Shown here one piece after another: positions 50,849 through 61,873 of a DNA stretch of 64,000 bases (its first letter is position 1; the number at the start of each line of letters is the position of its first letter). This stretch comes from Nitrospirales bacterium (GTDB lineage: Bacteria; Nitrospirota; Nitrospiria; Nitrospirales; UBA8639). A program made the position numbers and the translations under genes. The stretch covers positions 4,545,745 to 4,609,744 of the forward strand of contig OY820905.2 of the NCBI GenBank assembly GCA_963555755.3, read 5' to 3'. The notes beneath the pieces are model-generated. The model did no database searches. It was not told the DNA's origin and was given only the letters and a program-made list of their open reading frames with translations.

Positions 50849-52333
50849 ATGGTAAATGAGATGGTTGATAAAATTCGCGGGCTAATGAATGTCCGAAACG
50901 ATTTGCTCGCGGGCCTTGTAGTCGCATTGGCATTGATCCCTGAAGCGATTGCGTTTTCCAGCATCGCCGGGCTTGACCCCAAGGTGGGGCTCTATGCCTC
51001 GTTTTGTATGGCCACGGTCATTGCTTTTGCTGGTGGTCGGCCAGGCATGATTTCAGCCGCCACAGGTGCGATGGCGCTCCTAATGGTCACACTGGTCAAA
51101 GATTACGGGTTGCAATATTTGCTGGCCGCCACAGTTCTGACCGGGGTGCTGCAAATTCTCGCAGGCTGGTTTCGGCTGGGTTCTCTGATGCGCTTTGTGT
51201 CGCATTCCGTCATCACCGGTTTCGTCAATGCACTCGCCATTCTAATTTTTATGGCGCAACTCCCAGAACTGATCGGGATGACTTGGCAGGTGTATGTGAT
51301 GGTGGTGGCTGGCTTGGGTATTATTTACCTGTTTCCCTATATCACCAAGAGCGTGCCGTCTCCGCTCGTGGCTATCGTGGGATTGACCGCAGTGTCCATG
51401 GGGATGGAGTTGAACATCCGCACGGTAGGCGACTTGGGTCCACTTCCAGACAGTCTTCCAATATTTCTTTTGCCGGATGTGCCGCTGACCTGGGAAACCC
51501 TGCGGATCATTTTACCCGTATCGGCGACGTTGGCCGTGGTCGGGTTGCTAGAGTCCATGATGACGGCATCCATTATCGATGACCTCACGGATTCATCAAG
51601 CAACAAAAACCGTGAATGTATGGGGCAGGGAATCGCCAATATCTTTTCTGGTTTTATCGGCGGGATGGCGGGGTGCGCCATGATCGGACAGTCAATAATT
51701 AACGTGAAGTCCGGTGGCCGTGGGCGGCTGTCGACATTGGCAGCCGGTATATTCCTGCTGCTGATGGTGGTGTATATCGGTGACTGGGTGGCGCATATTC
51801 CGATGGCCGTCTTGGTGGCCGTGATGATCATGGTGTCGATTGGTACCTTCAAATGGTCCTCGATTCGCGATTTACGTGAACATCCGAAAAGCTCCAGCGT
51901 GGTGATGATCGCGACGGTGGTCGTGGTGGTGGCGACTCATGATTTGGCCAAAGGCGTGTTGGTTGGCGTGCTGTTGTCTGGATTCTTCTTTGCCCACAAC
52001 GTCGGGCGGATCTTACATATTGGTCGGAAGTCCGCGGATAAAGGCCGGCTGCGTATCTATACCGTGACAGGGCAGGTCTTCTTTGCCTCCGCTGAACGTT
52101 TTGTCAATTCCTTTGATTTCAAGGAAGTGATCGAAAAGGTGCAGATCAATGTCAGCCGTGCCCACTTCTGGGATCTGACCGCAGTCAGCGCATTAGACAA
52201 AGTCATCATCAAGTTTCGTCGTGAGGGAACGGAAGTCGACGTGATCGGGCTGAACGAAGCGAGTGCGACTATGATCGATCGCTTTGCCATCCATGACAAA
52301 CCCGATGCGGTTGAACAGGAGATGGGCCATTGA
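50849..52333 (+). CDS. SulP family anion permease with STAS domain
   Basis: [57 protein letters not shown]. Confidence 0.93.
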   Translation: MVNEMVDKIRGLMNVRNDLLAGLVVALALIPEAIAFSSIAGLDPKVGLYASFCMATVIAFAGGRPGMISAATGAMALLMVTLVKDYGLQYLLAATVLTGVLQILAGWFRLGSLMRFVSHSVITGFVNALAILIFMAQLPELIGMTWQVYVMVVAGLGIIYLFPYITKSVPSPLVAIVGLTAVSMGMELNIRTVGDLGPLPDSLPIFLLPDVPLTWETLRIILPVSATLAVVGLLESMMTASIIDDLTDSSSNKNRECMGQGIANIFSGFIGGMAGCAMIGQSIINVKSGGRGRLSTLAAGIFLLLMVVYIGDWVAHIPMAVLVAVMIMVSIGTFKWSSIRDLREHPKSSSVVMIATVVVVVATHDLAKGVLVGVLLSGFFFAHNVGRILHIGRKSADKGRLRIYTVTGQVFFASAERFVNSFDFKEVIEKVQINVSRAHFWDLTAVSALDKVIIKFRREGTEVDVIGLNEASATMIDRFAIHDKPDAVEQEMGH

Positions 52334-53211
52334 GAGGACTGCATTCTTTGAATACTGAAAAGAACGTGCTGGCATGCGTCGATCAATCGCATTTTGCGGA
52401 TTATGTCGCCGACTATGCGACCTGGGCGGCACGCCGCATGGAGGCACCACTAGAATTCCTGCACATCATCGACCGGCATCCTGAGATTGCCACCGGCAAT
52501 GATCATAGCGGAACCATCGGGATTGACGCGGAAGAAGTTCTGTTGAATGAACTATCCAATGAGGATGAATCCCGTAGCAAGGTGGTGCGTGAACGGGGCC
52601 GTCTCTTTCTCAATCGTTTGCGTGAGCGAGCCATTGAAGCGGGGGTCGAGTCTCCCGATGTCCGTCAGCGCTACGGGGTGTTGGTCGAAACCTTGGTGGA
52701 GCAGGAAAAAGGTGTGCGCCTGTTTGTGCTAGGCCGCCGGGGTGAATCAGCCGAGGCGACTCAGCGTGACCTGGGGCGCAATGTCGAACGGGTGGTGCGC
52801 GCGCTAAACAAACCGATTCTCGCCGTGACCGATGATTTTACAGAACCGAACCGAGTAATGATCGCGTTTGATGGTGGCATCGTGACCCAACGAGGCGTGG
52901 AAATGGTCGCGAAGAGCCCCCTCTTTCGAGGTCTTCCCGTACATCTGTTGATGTCAGGGAAAGAAAGTCAGAACGCCTCTAAGCAGCTGGAATGGGCCAA
53001 GACCACATTGGAGGCCGCAGACTTTGAAGTCACAGCATCCCTGATACCCGGCGACGCGGAGAGCGTCATTGCCAAGGCTGTCCAAGAGCAGGGAATCGAT
53101 ATGCTCATCATGGGCGCATACAGCCATTCCCCCCTTCGCAGCTTGTTGTTCGGCAGTAAAACCTCAGACCTGTTGCGTTCAGCCAAAATCCCCACATTAT
53201 TGCTACGTTAA
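52330..53211 (+). CDS. Tandem-domain universal stress protein
   Basis: [26 protein letters not shown]...FGSKT; overlaps the SulP stop. Confidence 0.9.
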   Translation: MRGLHSLNTEKNVLACVDQSHFADYVADYATWAARRMEAPLEFLHIIDRHPEIATGNDHSGTIGIDAEEVLLNELSNEDESRSKVVRERGRLFLNRLRERAIEAGVESPDVRQRYGVLVETLVEQEKGVRLFVLGRRGESAEATQRDLGRNVERVVRALNKPILAVTDDFTEPNRVMIAFDGGIVTQRGVEMVAKSPLFRGLPVHLLMSGKESQNASKQLEWAKTTLEAADFEVTASLIPGDAESVIAKAVQEQGIDMLIMGAYSHSPLRSLLFGSKTSDLLRSAKIPTLLLR

Positions 53212-53444
53212 CTTCACTCGCGTTGAACGTGGAGATACAGAGTTAAAGAATAAACATACCGAACTCGGTAGGGTTCTATTTGATGTGGTGACTGATGTGA
53301 GTGAAGCTAAACTTCACCTTCAAGAGGGTCCTCTTGAAAGAGTTCATCGGGATCTGCCTCGTTGCGATACTTCAGTTGAAGGCCTTTTAAGAAATTCCGC
53401 AATATTTGGTCTTTGCAATTGCGATAGTGTTTGTGGTCAGGTCT

Positions 53445-54913
53445 CAATACTGTTCACTTAGATATCTTCGGTGGTTTGATGGATGGTGTCCAGTCAATTT
53501 GCGCAACGGGCGGTCTCGGACGTTTGTACGGTGCGTATGGAGAGTTTCGGCGTTTCACCATCCTCGGCTTGATTTTTCCACGACTGGATTCACACAACAG
53601 TTTCGCCGTCGCCTCAAACAGCAGCCGATACCATGTTTTTTGGCGCTCAGGGGGGAAGGGCCCCAGATTGGGGCAGGGTTCGACGCACTAACTGCACCGT
53701 GGCCGTAAAAGATACCGTGCGGTCAGGGATGTCTGCCTGGGTGGCCCCTTGATACATCAACCAGCGCACGGCGTAGTGGGCCATCACCCATCCGTAGAAC
53801 TCTTGACGCACCAACTCTGGCGTTTTACTGCGCAGGACGCGACGACGTTGCCTCAGGTGCGTCTTCAGCTCATCAAACACCAATTCCACCTCCCAGCGCT
53901 CGTGATACAGTTGAGCCAGGTCCTGGGCGGGTGCGCCTTGGTCATCCAGCAGCGTGGTGACGAGACGGTACAGCGGTTCGCTATTGGGCCCCTGCGGTAA
54001 GACATACTCAATCACCCTGATGGCGATCCCATCAATTCGCTTTCTTCTGGCGCGTTCACTGGGATACAGATGGCTCAGGTACGAGCCATCGTCCAACAGC
54101 TTGTCAACTGGAAGGATCAAGCTCTTCGGCATGCGCCAGAGTAGTTGCGCTCCGGTCTGAAGGCCGGCCTGCCAATGGGCGTACCCGACAAAGCCGCGAT
54201 CGGCCATGCAGAGCATGTCGGGCGTGAGGCGACGCACCAAGGGCGCGGCCACCTCCCATTCGGCCTGCTTATAGGCCCCTAGTTCGGCATCCAAAATGGC
54301 GTGACTGGCACATTCCGTCAAAATGGCGCACTGGGCTTGGGGGTAGCCGGCCTGCCCGGTTCGGCTCCCTGGGTACCCAAAGACTTGCACATTGGCTTCC
54401 TCATCCGGGACCTCAAAGTTGGAGCCATCTATCGCGACGAGTCGGTAGCCTGCAAAAAAGGCGTGGGCATGCTCTGGACGAGCCAACGGGCGCAAGCAGC
54501 GCTGTCCAATGGCTTTCAGCGCCTTCCACGTCAGCCGTGAGCGGGCTTTGCTGATGGCTGATTTGACAACGGTCACGGGAGCAACGGGTTTGTGGTCTTT
54601 CCATGCCAGCCCTTGGGCCACAGCGGCAAACACCGCTTCGTACGCGGCCTCGCTGTATAAGCTCAACGCCATGGTGTAGTACACCACGGCAGAAGCGGGA
54701 AAGGTGCGGACACGTTCACTGTTACAATGATGTGCGTCAAGTTCTTCGTTGATGATGGCCACCGGAAAGGCACGAGCCAGTAATCCCGTGCTCAAATAAT
54801 CCGCCAATCGAGCCCCCGCCCCCAAGCCGACTTTCTTTCTTGCCATGTTGCCTCCTCCCAGATTACGTGTGGAGGCGAAGTATAACAGATTTTCATCTAA
54901 GTGAACAGTATTG
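53445..54913 (-). mobile_element. IS4-family insertion sequence
   Basis: Perfect 19-bp TIR CAATACTGTTCACTTAGAT; 10-bp direct repeat GGTCAGGTCT at 53435-53444 and 54914-54923. Confidence 0.93.
53647..54846 (-). CDS. IS4-family DDE transposase (possible +1 frameshift extension to 53454)
   Basis: AIDGS, ADRGF, YREK motif YHERWEVELVFDELK; GGAGG RBS. Confidence 0.92.
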   Translation of the reverse strand: MARKKVGLGAGARLADYLSTGLLARAFPVAIINEELDAHHCNSERVRTFPASAVVYYTMALSLYSEAAYEAVFAAVAQGLAWKDHKPVAPVTVVKSAISKARSRLTWKALKAIGQRCLRPLARPEHAHAFFAGYRLVAIDGSNFEVPDEEANVQVFGYPGSRTGQAGYPQAQCAILTECASHAILDAELGAYKQAEWEVAAPLVRRLTPDMLCMADRGFVGYAHWQAGLQTGAQLLWRMPKSLILPVDKLLDDGSYLSHLYPSERARRKRIDGIAIRVIEYVLPQGPNSEPLYRLVTTLLDDQGAPAQDLAQLYHERWEVELVFDELKTHLRQRRRVLRSKTPELVRQEFYGWVMAHYAVRWLMYQGATQADIPDRTVSFTATVQLVRRTLPQSGALPP

Positions 54914-55291
54914 GGTCAGGTCTGCGAAAAAAGGCACTCAGCTCATGCTTACTAATTTTCAAATCAGCCAAGGCTAAAATCGACAAGATGTCATCAGCTT
55001 GTAAATTGAAGGCGATTTTCAGCTTCACGAAAATGATATTATTTTTCAGCCGTTTTTCTGGTGTAGGCTGCACGCCATCTTTTTTGCCACGCCTATCGTT
55101 TATCAAGCCATTCAGAAACGTGGCGAACATGGTGTCACGAAGAGCCACGTAATCTTCATCATCATCTTTTTTCAGCCATGCACTCACCTCTTCTCGTGTC
55201 ACGGTCTGATCGGCCTGGGCAAAAACATCAATCATTTTGGAATCGCCAAAATCGAGGATGTAGCGAATGCGACGCAAACAATCGTTATTGG

Positions 55292-55594
55292 TCATGTATT
55301 GGTTCCTGTATCTTCATGATTCTCCTGATCACTCGTTGGTGAGAGGTGGATTCGAATTTTTTCCTCAGCAAACTCTATAATATCACCGTCCATGATTTTC
55401 TTTCGCTTTTGAGTCTCGACGTTTCCATTGACTATTACGTGCCCCGCAGCCACCACAGCCTTCGCTTCGCCACCACTTTCTACCATATTTTCGAATTTCA
55501 ATATTTTATAAAGCTCAGTGGGCTCGCGAGAAATTTCCACGTCTCGAAATTGAAGCGGCTCTTTCTCAACTAAAGGCGTAGCGTTGTGATCCAT
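55292..55594 (-). CDS. RNA-binding S4 domain protein (YbcJ/YaaA-like), copy 1
   Basis: ELYKILKF....SGGEAK......V.VNG.VETQKRKKI..GD; ATGA overlap with yehS. Confidence 0.88.
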   Translation of the reverse strand: MDHNATPLVEKEPLQFRDVEISREPTELYKILKFENMVESGGEAKAVVAAGHVIVNGNVETQKRKKIMDGDIIEFAEEKIRIHLSPTSDQENHEDTGTNT

Positions 55595-55907
55595 GCTGAT
55601 GACCTTCTTCGTAAATGCAAAAGTTGTGATTCGTGTTGATCATGATTCAAGTAAAGCCTGAGTCGGCCCTTCACAAGTTGTAATGAATGGAAGGAGTAGG
55701 GGGCAAGTCTGTGGTTGGTAGTTTTGGCACGAACTCTTTGTCGCTCATTTAGCTACTGACCTTTTAATGGGAAAGTGATCTTGTACTCCTAGGCGGTGTG
55801 AAATAGAGTATTAGTCAACCAAAGATTTGCCCCTTTCCATTTTTCTTTTTTTTTGAAAATTGACCGGTTTTCCATCATGGGACTTTATCGCAATGTAATT
55901 CGACGGT

Positions 55908-56330
55908 TTAATGCGTAAATATGACACGTAGGGCGGACAGCTTCAGGGTACTGCTTTGCAAACGCTTTTCCAGATCGGTAATTTTTGTGCTTAGTGATTG
56001 CACTTCTTCATCGCGAATTGTTGGGTTGCGCTTTTGCAGGGTAAGCAGACGCTGTAACTCGCCATCTAATTCTGCGTGCATTGACGCGATGGCAGCATTG
56101 CGAAACATTGGAGGCTGTTGCGAGGCTATTCCCTCAATTTGTTGCACCTGTTTTTTTAATGTCGTACGAGTCCTATCGATCACTTGCCGTGCAACTTCCT
56201 GATCGATCTTTTCCAGTAGAGTTTCATAGATGTCAGGTGTTAGTTGTCGTGCATAATTTTCCCCCTCCTGGTTGACCAGCAAGCGCAATGCGTTGCAAGG
56301 AAGGTAGCGACCGATGTCTAACCCGGCGGG
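55908..56330 (-). pseudogene. Duplicated 3' fragment of rapA
   Basis: Colinear with 58521-58943 (offset 2613), including ~90 bp downstream of the stop. Confidence 0.9.
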
Positions 56331-56560
56331 AGCCTTCTAGCACATCAACCAATAACCCATTTATTTTTTTGCCTTCAATGGCACCAGTCGTATATTCAAT
56401 TCGATTGCCTTCTGATTTATGAATTGAGGCATGTATTATCTGATCGGCATCGCAAACCACAGCAAGGTTTAGGAAAAGTACATAATTATTGTTCATGATT
56501 TTTTGTCAGTGGAGAGGGGATGGAAAATTATCATTATCTTCTTCCCTTTGGATTCTCCTC

Positions 56561-56747
56561 GACGCCTGCTGGCTGGGCATTTTGGCGGAGGCTCGTAACG
56601 TCCTGCGGACCTTGTTTGAGCGTAGCGAGTTGGTCCGCTTTCCAAAGGTTAGCTTTCGACCCAGGTGATGTGGCCAGACAGGGCGTCAATGGTTTTGGGT
56701 CCTTTTGCCGAAAGAAAAGGACCTCGGCTGCCTGGCCGAAACCCGGC
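56561..56747 (+). repeat. Multi-hairpin structured non-coding element
   Basis: GACGCC/GGCGTC outer stem, GCGGACC/GGTCCGC, GGTCCTTTT/AAAAGGACC, GAAA-containing loops; single copy in the window. Confidence 0.5.
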
Positions 56748-56764
56748 AAGGCTTAAATAATTGA

Positions 56765-56839
56765 ATGAAGAAACTGTTATTTGTCTGTAGTGAAAATCGG
56801 CTTCGCAGGCAAACGGCAGAGGTCATCTTTTCCGATTAG
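56765..56839 (+). pseudogene. N-terminal remnant of an LMW-PTP-like phosphatase
   Basis: MKKLLFVCSENRLRRQTAEVIFSD* resembles the LFVCxxNxxRSPTAE P-loop. Confidence 0.65.
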
Positions 56840-56964
56840 GCCAGATCATGTGCTATTTGGGATGGGCTCACGCCATACCTTGAATTCAAATCCACCTGAG
56901 CGGGAAACGAGGCTTCAGGCCACCAACATTGCGATTGATTCGTATTCTTTCGCGAGCCCTCAGG

Positions 56965-58224
56965 CTATTTTTTTCTCTTTTGAGGTTTTCTTTTTTTCTT
57001 TTTTTCCCTTTTCTCCTCCTCCTCCTTATCTATTTCTTTTAGCAACTCCTCCAAAGTGGGTTCCCCGCTGGGATGTGTCACCGTAAAGGCGTAATCCTTT
57101 TTCGTGAGTTCGATGACATCGATCTCTTGATCTAAAAACCCTTGAATCTCCTCAAGCCGTGACTTTTCTTCTTTGCTGCAGAACGAAATCGCTATCCCCT
57201 TTTTGACCCCACGCCCGGTTCTTCCCACACGGTGAACGTAGTTTTCTGCCCTATCCGGCAAGTCATAGTTCAGCACATAATGAACATCAGGAATGTCGAT
57301 GCCGCGTGCGCTAACATCTGTGGCGATTAAAATCTGACAGGCCCCTGCTTTAAATGCGTTCATCACCTCAGCCCGGTCACACTGATCCTTTTCCCCATGA
57401 ATCGTCAGCGTTTCTATCCCGACTCGACCCATCGCCTTGGCGACCCGTTCAGCGCGCACTCGCGTCCGGACAAACACGATCACCCGGCTCTCAGGATTAT
57501 CGGTCAGGAACCGCTCCAGGAAAAACCGTTTATCATCCATTTCAACGAACATCACATAGTGCGAGACATTTTTTGAGACACGATTGTCCGGTGAGATTTG
57601 AATCCGGATAGCCGAACTTCTCACCTGAGAATACGCCAGTTTTTTGATGTCGGCATTTATTGTTGCTGAGAAAAAGAGCGTTTGATGTTTGTGTGGCAGC
57701 TTTGTTTTGATCGCATGAATATCTCCAATAAATCCGAGATCGAGCATGTGATCGGCTTCATCCAACACAAGGGTTCGCACGTGGTTCAGCAGAACATACC
57801 CCTGACTGATCAGATCAAACAGTCGGCCGGGTGTCGTAATGAGCACATCGATGCCCTTCTGAAGTGTTTGTATCTGCGGGTCCTGCTCAACGCCGCCATA
57901 CATGGCAAACACCTTGACCTTGGTCTTTTTGGAAAGCTGGGCAAAGACCTCTCCAATCTGCATCGCCAGTTCGTGGGTCGGCACCATGACAATACATTGG
58001 ATACCATTGGAGCGTTGGCTCCTTTTCCACTGGTCGATCTGATTAATGATCGGGATGGCAAATGCGGCCGTTTTCCCCGTTCCTGTTTGGGCGATGGCCA
58101 GGACATCTTCCCCCGCCATGATCGAGGGCATGGCTTTAAATTGGATGTCCGTTGTTTTGACAAACCCGAGTCGGGACAGGTTATTTTTCAAAGCATCTGA
58201 AATGGGATATTTTTCAAACTTCAT
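56965..58224 (-). CDS. DEAD-box RNA helicase (RhlE-like)
   Basis: AQTGTGKT, PTHELA, TPGR, DEAD, SAT, ARGID, HRVGRTGR; basic tail. Confidence 0.95.
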   Translation of the reverse strand: MKFEKYPISDALKNNLSRLGFVKTTDIQFKAMPSIMAGEDVLAIAQTGTGKTAAFAIPIINQIDQWKRSQRSNGIQCIVMVPTHELAMQIGEVFAQLSKKTKVKVFAMYGGVEQDPQIQTLQKGIDVLITTPGRLFDLISQGYVLLNHVRTLVLDEADHMLDLGFIGDIHAIKTKLPHKHQTLFFSATINADIKKLAYSQVRSSAIRIQISPDNRVSKNVSHYVMFVEMDDKRFFLERFLTDNPESRVIVFVRTRVRAERVAKAMGRVGIETLTIHGEKDQCDRAEVMNAFKAGACQILIATDVSARGIDIPDVHYVLNYDLPDRAENYVHRVGRTGRGVKKGIAISFCSKEEKSRLEEIQGFLDQEIDVIELTKKDYAFTVTHPSGEPTLEELLKEIDKEEEEKREKKKKRKPQKRKK

Positions 58225-58256
58225 GGCGTTTCAATACGTCTTCTACAGAATAGAAA

Positions 58257-58449
58257 TAGGGGTCAAAACTTTGGTTGACTAAAATAGGGGTCAAATAGGG
58301 GTCAAAATAGGGGTCATTGGTTCAATAGGGGTCAATAGGGGTCAAATCTTTGGTTGAATAATACTTCAGATCTCGGGTCAAGGAATCATCAGTAGTTGAA
58401 AGTGACGCGAGGCCTGCAAAGCGAAACTCTTAACCAAAGATTTGCCCCC
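58257..58449. repeat. TAGGGGTCA stutter cluster plus inverted partner motif
   Basis: Six TAGGGGTCA at 58257, 58285, 58296, 58308, 58326 and 58336; two extend as AA(A/T)CTTTGGTTGA. Reverse copy TAACCAAAGATTTGCCCCC at 58431-58449. Confidence 0.8.
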
Positions 58450-58520
58450 TTCCATTTTTCTTTTTTTTAAAATTGACTGGTTTCCCATCATGGGACTTTA
58501 TCGCAATGTAATTCGACGGT

Positions 58521-61301
58521 TTAATTCGTAAATATGACACGTAGGGCGGACAGCTTCAGGGTACTGCTTTTCAAACGCTTTTCCAGATCGGAAATTTTGG
58601 TGCTCAGTGCTTGCACTTCTTCATCACGTATTGTTGGGTTGCGCTTTTGCAGGGTAAGCAGACGCTGTAACTCGCCATCTAATTCTGCGTGCATTGACGC
58701 GATGGCCGCATTGCGAAACATTGGAAGCTGTCGCGAGGCCATTTCCTCAATTTTTTTCACCTGTTTTTTTAATGTCGTACGTGTCCTATCGATCAATTTC
58801 CGTGCGACTTCCTGATCGATCTTTTCCAGTAGCGTTTCATAGATGTCAGGTGTTAGTTGTCGTGCATAGTTTTCGCCCTCCTGGTTGACCAGCAAGCGAA
58901 ATGCGTTGCAAGGAAGGTAGCGACCGATGTCTAACCAGGCGGGTGCTGGGCAGTTCGATTCGAATAATGCTTCGATCAAAATACTGCGAGGTGGAAGTTG
59001 TGACATGTGTAACGCGCAGACGCTGACCCTGCCTTTTTCTCCGTTCACAATCATGTCGATTGTCGCGCGCACCAATGGGTGCTCCCAGCTCAGAAAATGC
59101 ATGTCTTCTCGCGCAAGCGCGGTCTCGCGATTGGTCGTCACGGTGATGCCGTCTTCGGGTAACTCAGAAAATTGTTCGACCTGTAAATGAGCACCTGGCC
59201 GTACGACCCAACTGCTTAGCGAATGATCTTCAATTTCCACCCCAAGACAATCAAAGGCTTTTTCGAGATATTGTGATATCACGCCGGCCTGTTCATTTTG
59301 ATTGATTTCTCTAATCAACGGGTCGGCAATGTCTTTACGGCAACCACTGAGTTCGAACAACCGATTTCGACCGAGGTTGAGTTGCCGGATCTTTTGTTTG
59401 TGCAGATGCTTGCACTCGCTGATAAACCTGTCTTCATCGAGGTGTTCGCCTATCAGGTAGGCGGCAAATTGTTCATCCATCTCAGCCTTGATGTGTTGGC
59501 CGGTTGCACAACTTTGCTCAAACGCATTGAGTGAATGATGGTACCAGTGGCTCAACCGTGCTTCTCTTGAACCTGCCGCGACAGGCACGTGAATATTGAT
59601 CTCGTACTCCTGCCCGATTCTATCCAGGCGGCCAATGCGCTGCTCCAGTAAATCGGGGTTATCGGGTAAGTCGAACAACACGATATTGTGTAGAAATTGA
59701 AAATTTCGGCCTTCGCTGCCAATCTCCGAGCAAATCATAATTCGCGCACCGTCTTCGGCATCGGCAAACCAGGCGGCAGCGCGGTCTCGTTCCAGGATAC
59801 TCATGTGTTCATGAAACACACTGGCTTGTACACCATGCTGTTGCAGAAGTATTTTTGACGTGAAAACCGCGCTCTCGGCTGTTGCACAAATCAGTAGTAC
59901 TTTGTGCGGGGATAGTTCTCGTAGTTTGTCGGAAAGCCAGCTAATACGGGACTCGTTTCTGTCATCGTCGAGTACAGCAGGAATAAAATGACGTTGGGGA
60001 AAACCGCCGATGGTCGCACGGGTGTTCCTGAACAACATGCGGCCAGTGCCGTGTTGATCTATTAAATTGTCGATGATTTGTCGTCGAATTGTGTGTGCAT
60101 CGTCATTAGCGGCATTGATGCCTGTTATGTCAATGGCGTCGCAATCATCAATGAGCGAACGTAATCGCGCCAGATCTTCTTCAGCCATTGCCTGATTATC
60201 GAGTAGTAGATTTACCAGCTCGACAGTCTCGGCATGTTGTATCTCCTCGGATAGATAGCTTTCGAGCGAGTGGAAACGCGCCGGGTCGAGTAGTCGCAAG
60301 CGGGCAAAGTGCCCTGCTGTGCCGAATTGTTCGGGTGTGGCGGTTAATAACAACACTGAATCTGACTTATGAGCCAATGTCTCGATTTGTCGATACTCGC
60401 GGCTGCTCTCGCTCGGTGTCCACTCAAGACGGTGCGCTTCATCGACGACCAATATATCCCAATCGCACGTGGCAATTAACGGGGCGATATCATCGCGGCA
60501 GGCAAAGGTTAATCCGCATAACACGAGAGAGTATTGATCGAAATAGTTTTCAATAGGTGCCGATTCTTCAGAATTGTCAATTACCTGGTCGATATTTGAA
60601 AAATACTGTTCATCAATTATGGTGAAGCGTAAATTAAAGCGCCGTAGCAATTCCACCAGCCACTGATGCAGTAGTGGTTCGGGTACGATAATTAATGCAC
60701 GGTGTATTCTCCCGGTCAGTATCAGACGGTGCAGAATTAAACCGGCTTCAATGGTTTTACCGAGGCCCACTTCATCGGCGAGCAGAACACGCGGGGCTGT
60801 TCTATTTGATACTTCATTGGCAATATAAATTTGATGTGGAATCAGGCTGACACGTGGCCCCTGTAAGCCAAAGCTTGCTGATGTTTGTTGTTTGGCAAGG
60901 TGTCGCAGCGTTGTCGCGCGCAGCTCAAACCATTTGTTGTCGTCAACTTGTCCGGCAAACAGCTTGTCTTGCGGTACATTAAAAGTGATTTTATCGGACA
61001 GTTCACATTCGTTCAGGGTGGTAGCTTGGCCACTGTCTCGAATGCCGTGGTAACGCACGGTGCCGCTGTCATGTTCTATTTTGGTAATCGATAGATACCA
61101 ACCCTCCATACTTTTAATTGATTCACCGATATCAAATTTAACACGCGTTAGTGGGGCATTAATTTTTGCATAGGTGCGCGTTTCATCGGCGGCGGGAAAT
61201 TCCATTTGAACCGTGCGAAAGGCAACAGATTGGACGATGCCCAACCCGAGGGCGGCATCGTTGTCACTAACCCAGCGCTGGCCGGGCGTAAATTTATGCA
61301 T
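58521..61301 (-). CDS. rapA: RNA polymerase-associated SNF2 ATPase RapA/HepA
   Basis: GQRWVSD...LGLG, ADEVGLGKTIEAG, DEAH, LTATPEQ, SEIGSEGRNFQF, EQRIGRLDRIGQ, RapA C-terminal domain. Confidence 0.95.
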   Translation of the reverse strand: MHKFTPGQRWVSDNDAALGLGIVQSVAFRTVQMEFPAADETRTYAKINAPLTRVKFDIGESIKSMEGWYLSITKIEHDSGTVRYHGIRDSGQATTLNECELSDKITFNVPQDKLFAGQVDDNKWFELRATTLRHLAKQQTSASFGLQGPRVSLIPHQIYIANEVSNRTAPRVLLADEVGLGKTIEAGLILHRLILTGRIHRALIIVPEPLLHQWLVELLRRFNLRFTIIDEQYFSNIDQVIDNSEESAPIENYFDQYSLVLCGLTFACRDDIAPLIATCDWDILVVDEAHRLEWTPSESSREYRQIETLAHKSDSVLLLTATPEQFGTAGHFARLRLLDPARFHSLESYLSEEIQHAETVELVNLLLDNQAMAEEDLARLRSLIDDCDAIDITGINAANDDAHTIRRQIIDNLIDQHGTGRMLFRNTRATIGGFPQRHFIPAVLDDDRNESRISWLSDKLRELSPHKVLLICATAESAVFTSKILLQQHGVQASVFHEHMSILERDRAAAWFADAEDGARIMICSEIGSEGRNFQFLHNIVLFDLPDNPDLLEQRIGRLDRIGQEYEINIHVPVAAGSREARLSHWYHHSLNAFEQSCATGQHIKAEMDEQFAAYLIGEHLDEDRFISECKHLHKQKIRQLNLGRNRLFELSGCRKDIADPLIREINQNEQAGVISQYLEKAFDCLGVEIEDHSLSSWVVRPGAHLQVEQFSELPEDGITVTTNRETALAREDMHFLSWEHPLVRATIDMIVNGEKGRVSVCALHMSQLPPRSILIEALFESNCPAPAWLDIGRYLPCNAFRLLVNQEGENYARQLTPDIYETLLEKIDQEVARKLIDRTRTTLKKQVKKIEEMASRQLPMFRNAAIASMHAELDGELQRLLTLQKRNPTIRDEEVQALSTKISDLEKRLKSSTLKLSALRVIFTN

Positions 61302-61532
61302 GGTGTTCGTTCATCTTCTTTTAAGAGGTCAGAAATTGTTTCTCTGCGAAGCACTATAATCAGTTTCGTAGAGGTGGGAGTCAGTTTTTTGCATGCCCAG
61401 CGAAAAGGAAAAGAAAAGGGGTTAAATCTCTCGTTGAGATCATGGGGTTCATGGGGGCAAGTCTTGATTTAATATATTAAATTTCAGAAAAGGTATTAGG
61501 TGAAAACCCGACCCCTTGATTGACCCCTTGAC

Positions 61533-61574
61533 CAAGATGTAGGGAATGCGACGCAGGCAATCGTTATTGTTCAT
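61533..61574 (-). pseudogene. 14-codon 5' remnant of a second yehS copy
   Basis: MNNNDCLRRIPYIL matches the yehS start at 55295 with the same ATGA overlap with the S4 gene; homology stops at the GACCCC motif. Confidence 0.75.
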
Positions 61575-61873
61575 GTAGGTGTTTCTGTGACGTCAAGATT
61601 CTCATCACCGCTAGTTGGTGAGAGTTGAATTCGAATTTTTTCATCAGCAAACTCGATCGTATCACCGGCCATGATCTTCTTTCGCTTTTGAGTCTCGACG
61701 TTTCCATTGACTATTACGTGCCCCGCAGCCACCGCAGCCTTTGCTTCGCCTCCACTTCCGACCATACTTTCGAATTTCAATATTTTATAGAGCTCAATAG
61801 GCTCGTGAGAAATTTCCACGTCTCGAAATCCAATCGGTGCTTCCTCAACGGAAGGCGTCGCGTTGTGATCCAT
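61571..61873 (-). CDS. RNA-binding S4 domain protein, copy 2
   Basis: Same-length paralog of 55292-55594 (offset 6279); upstream DNA also homologous. Confidence 0.88.
   Translation of the reverse strand: MDHNATPSVEEAPIGFRDVEISHEPIELYKILKFESMVGSGGEAKAAVAAGHVIVNGNVETQKRKKIMAGDTIEFADEKIRIQLSPTSGDENLDVTETPT

Larger units (their letters stand above)
53307..55295 (-). pseudogene. yehS: DUF1456/YehS gene interrupted by IS4
   Basis: N-terminal part MTNND.LRRIRY...ISKHELSAFFRRPD (55295-54914) continues after the IS as HKHYRNCKDQILRNFLKGLQLKYR...* (53434-53307). Confidence 0.88.

Noticed and set aside
58257..58357. CRISPR array
   Set aside because: Units are about 10 bp with no unique spacers, and there are no cas genes in the window.
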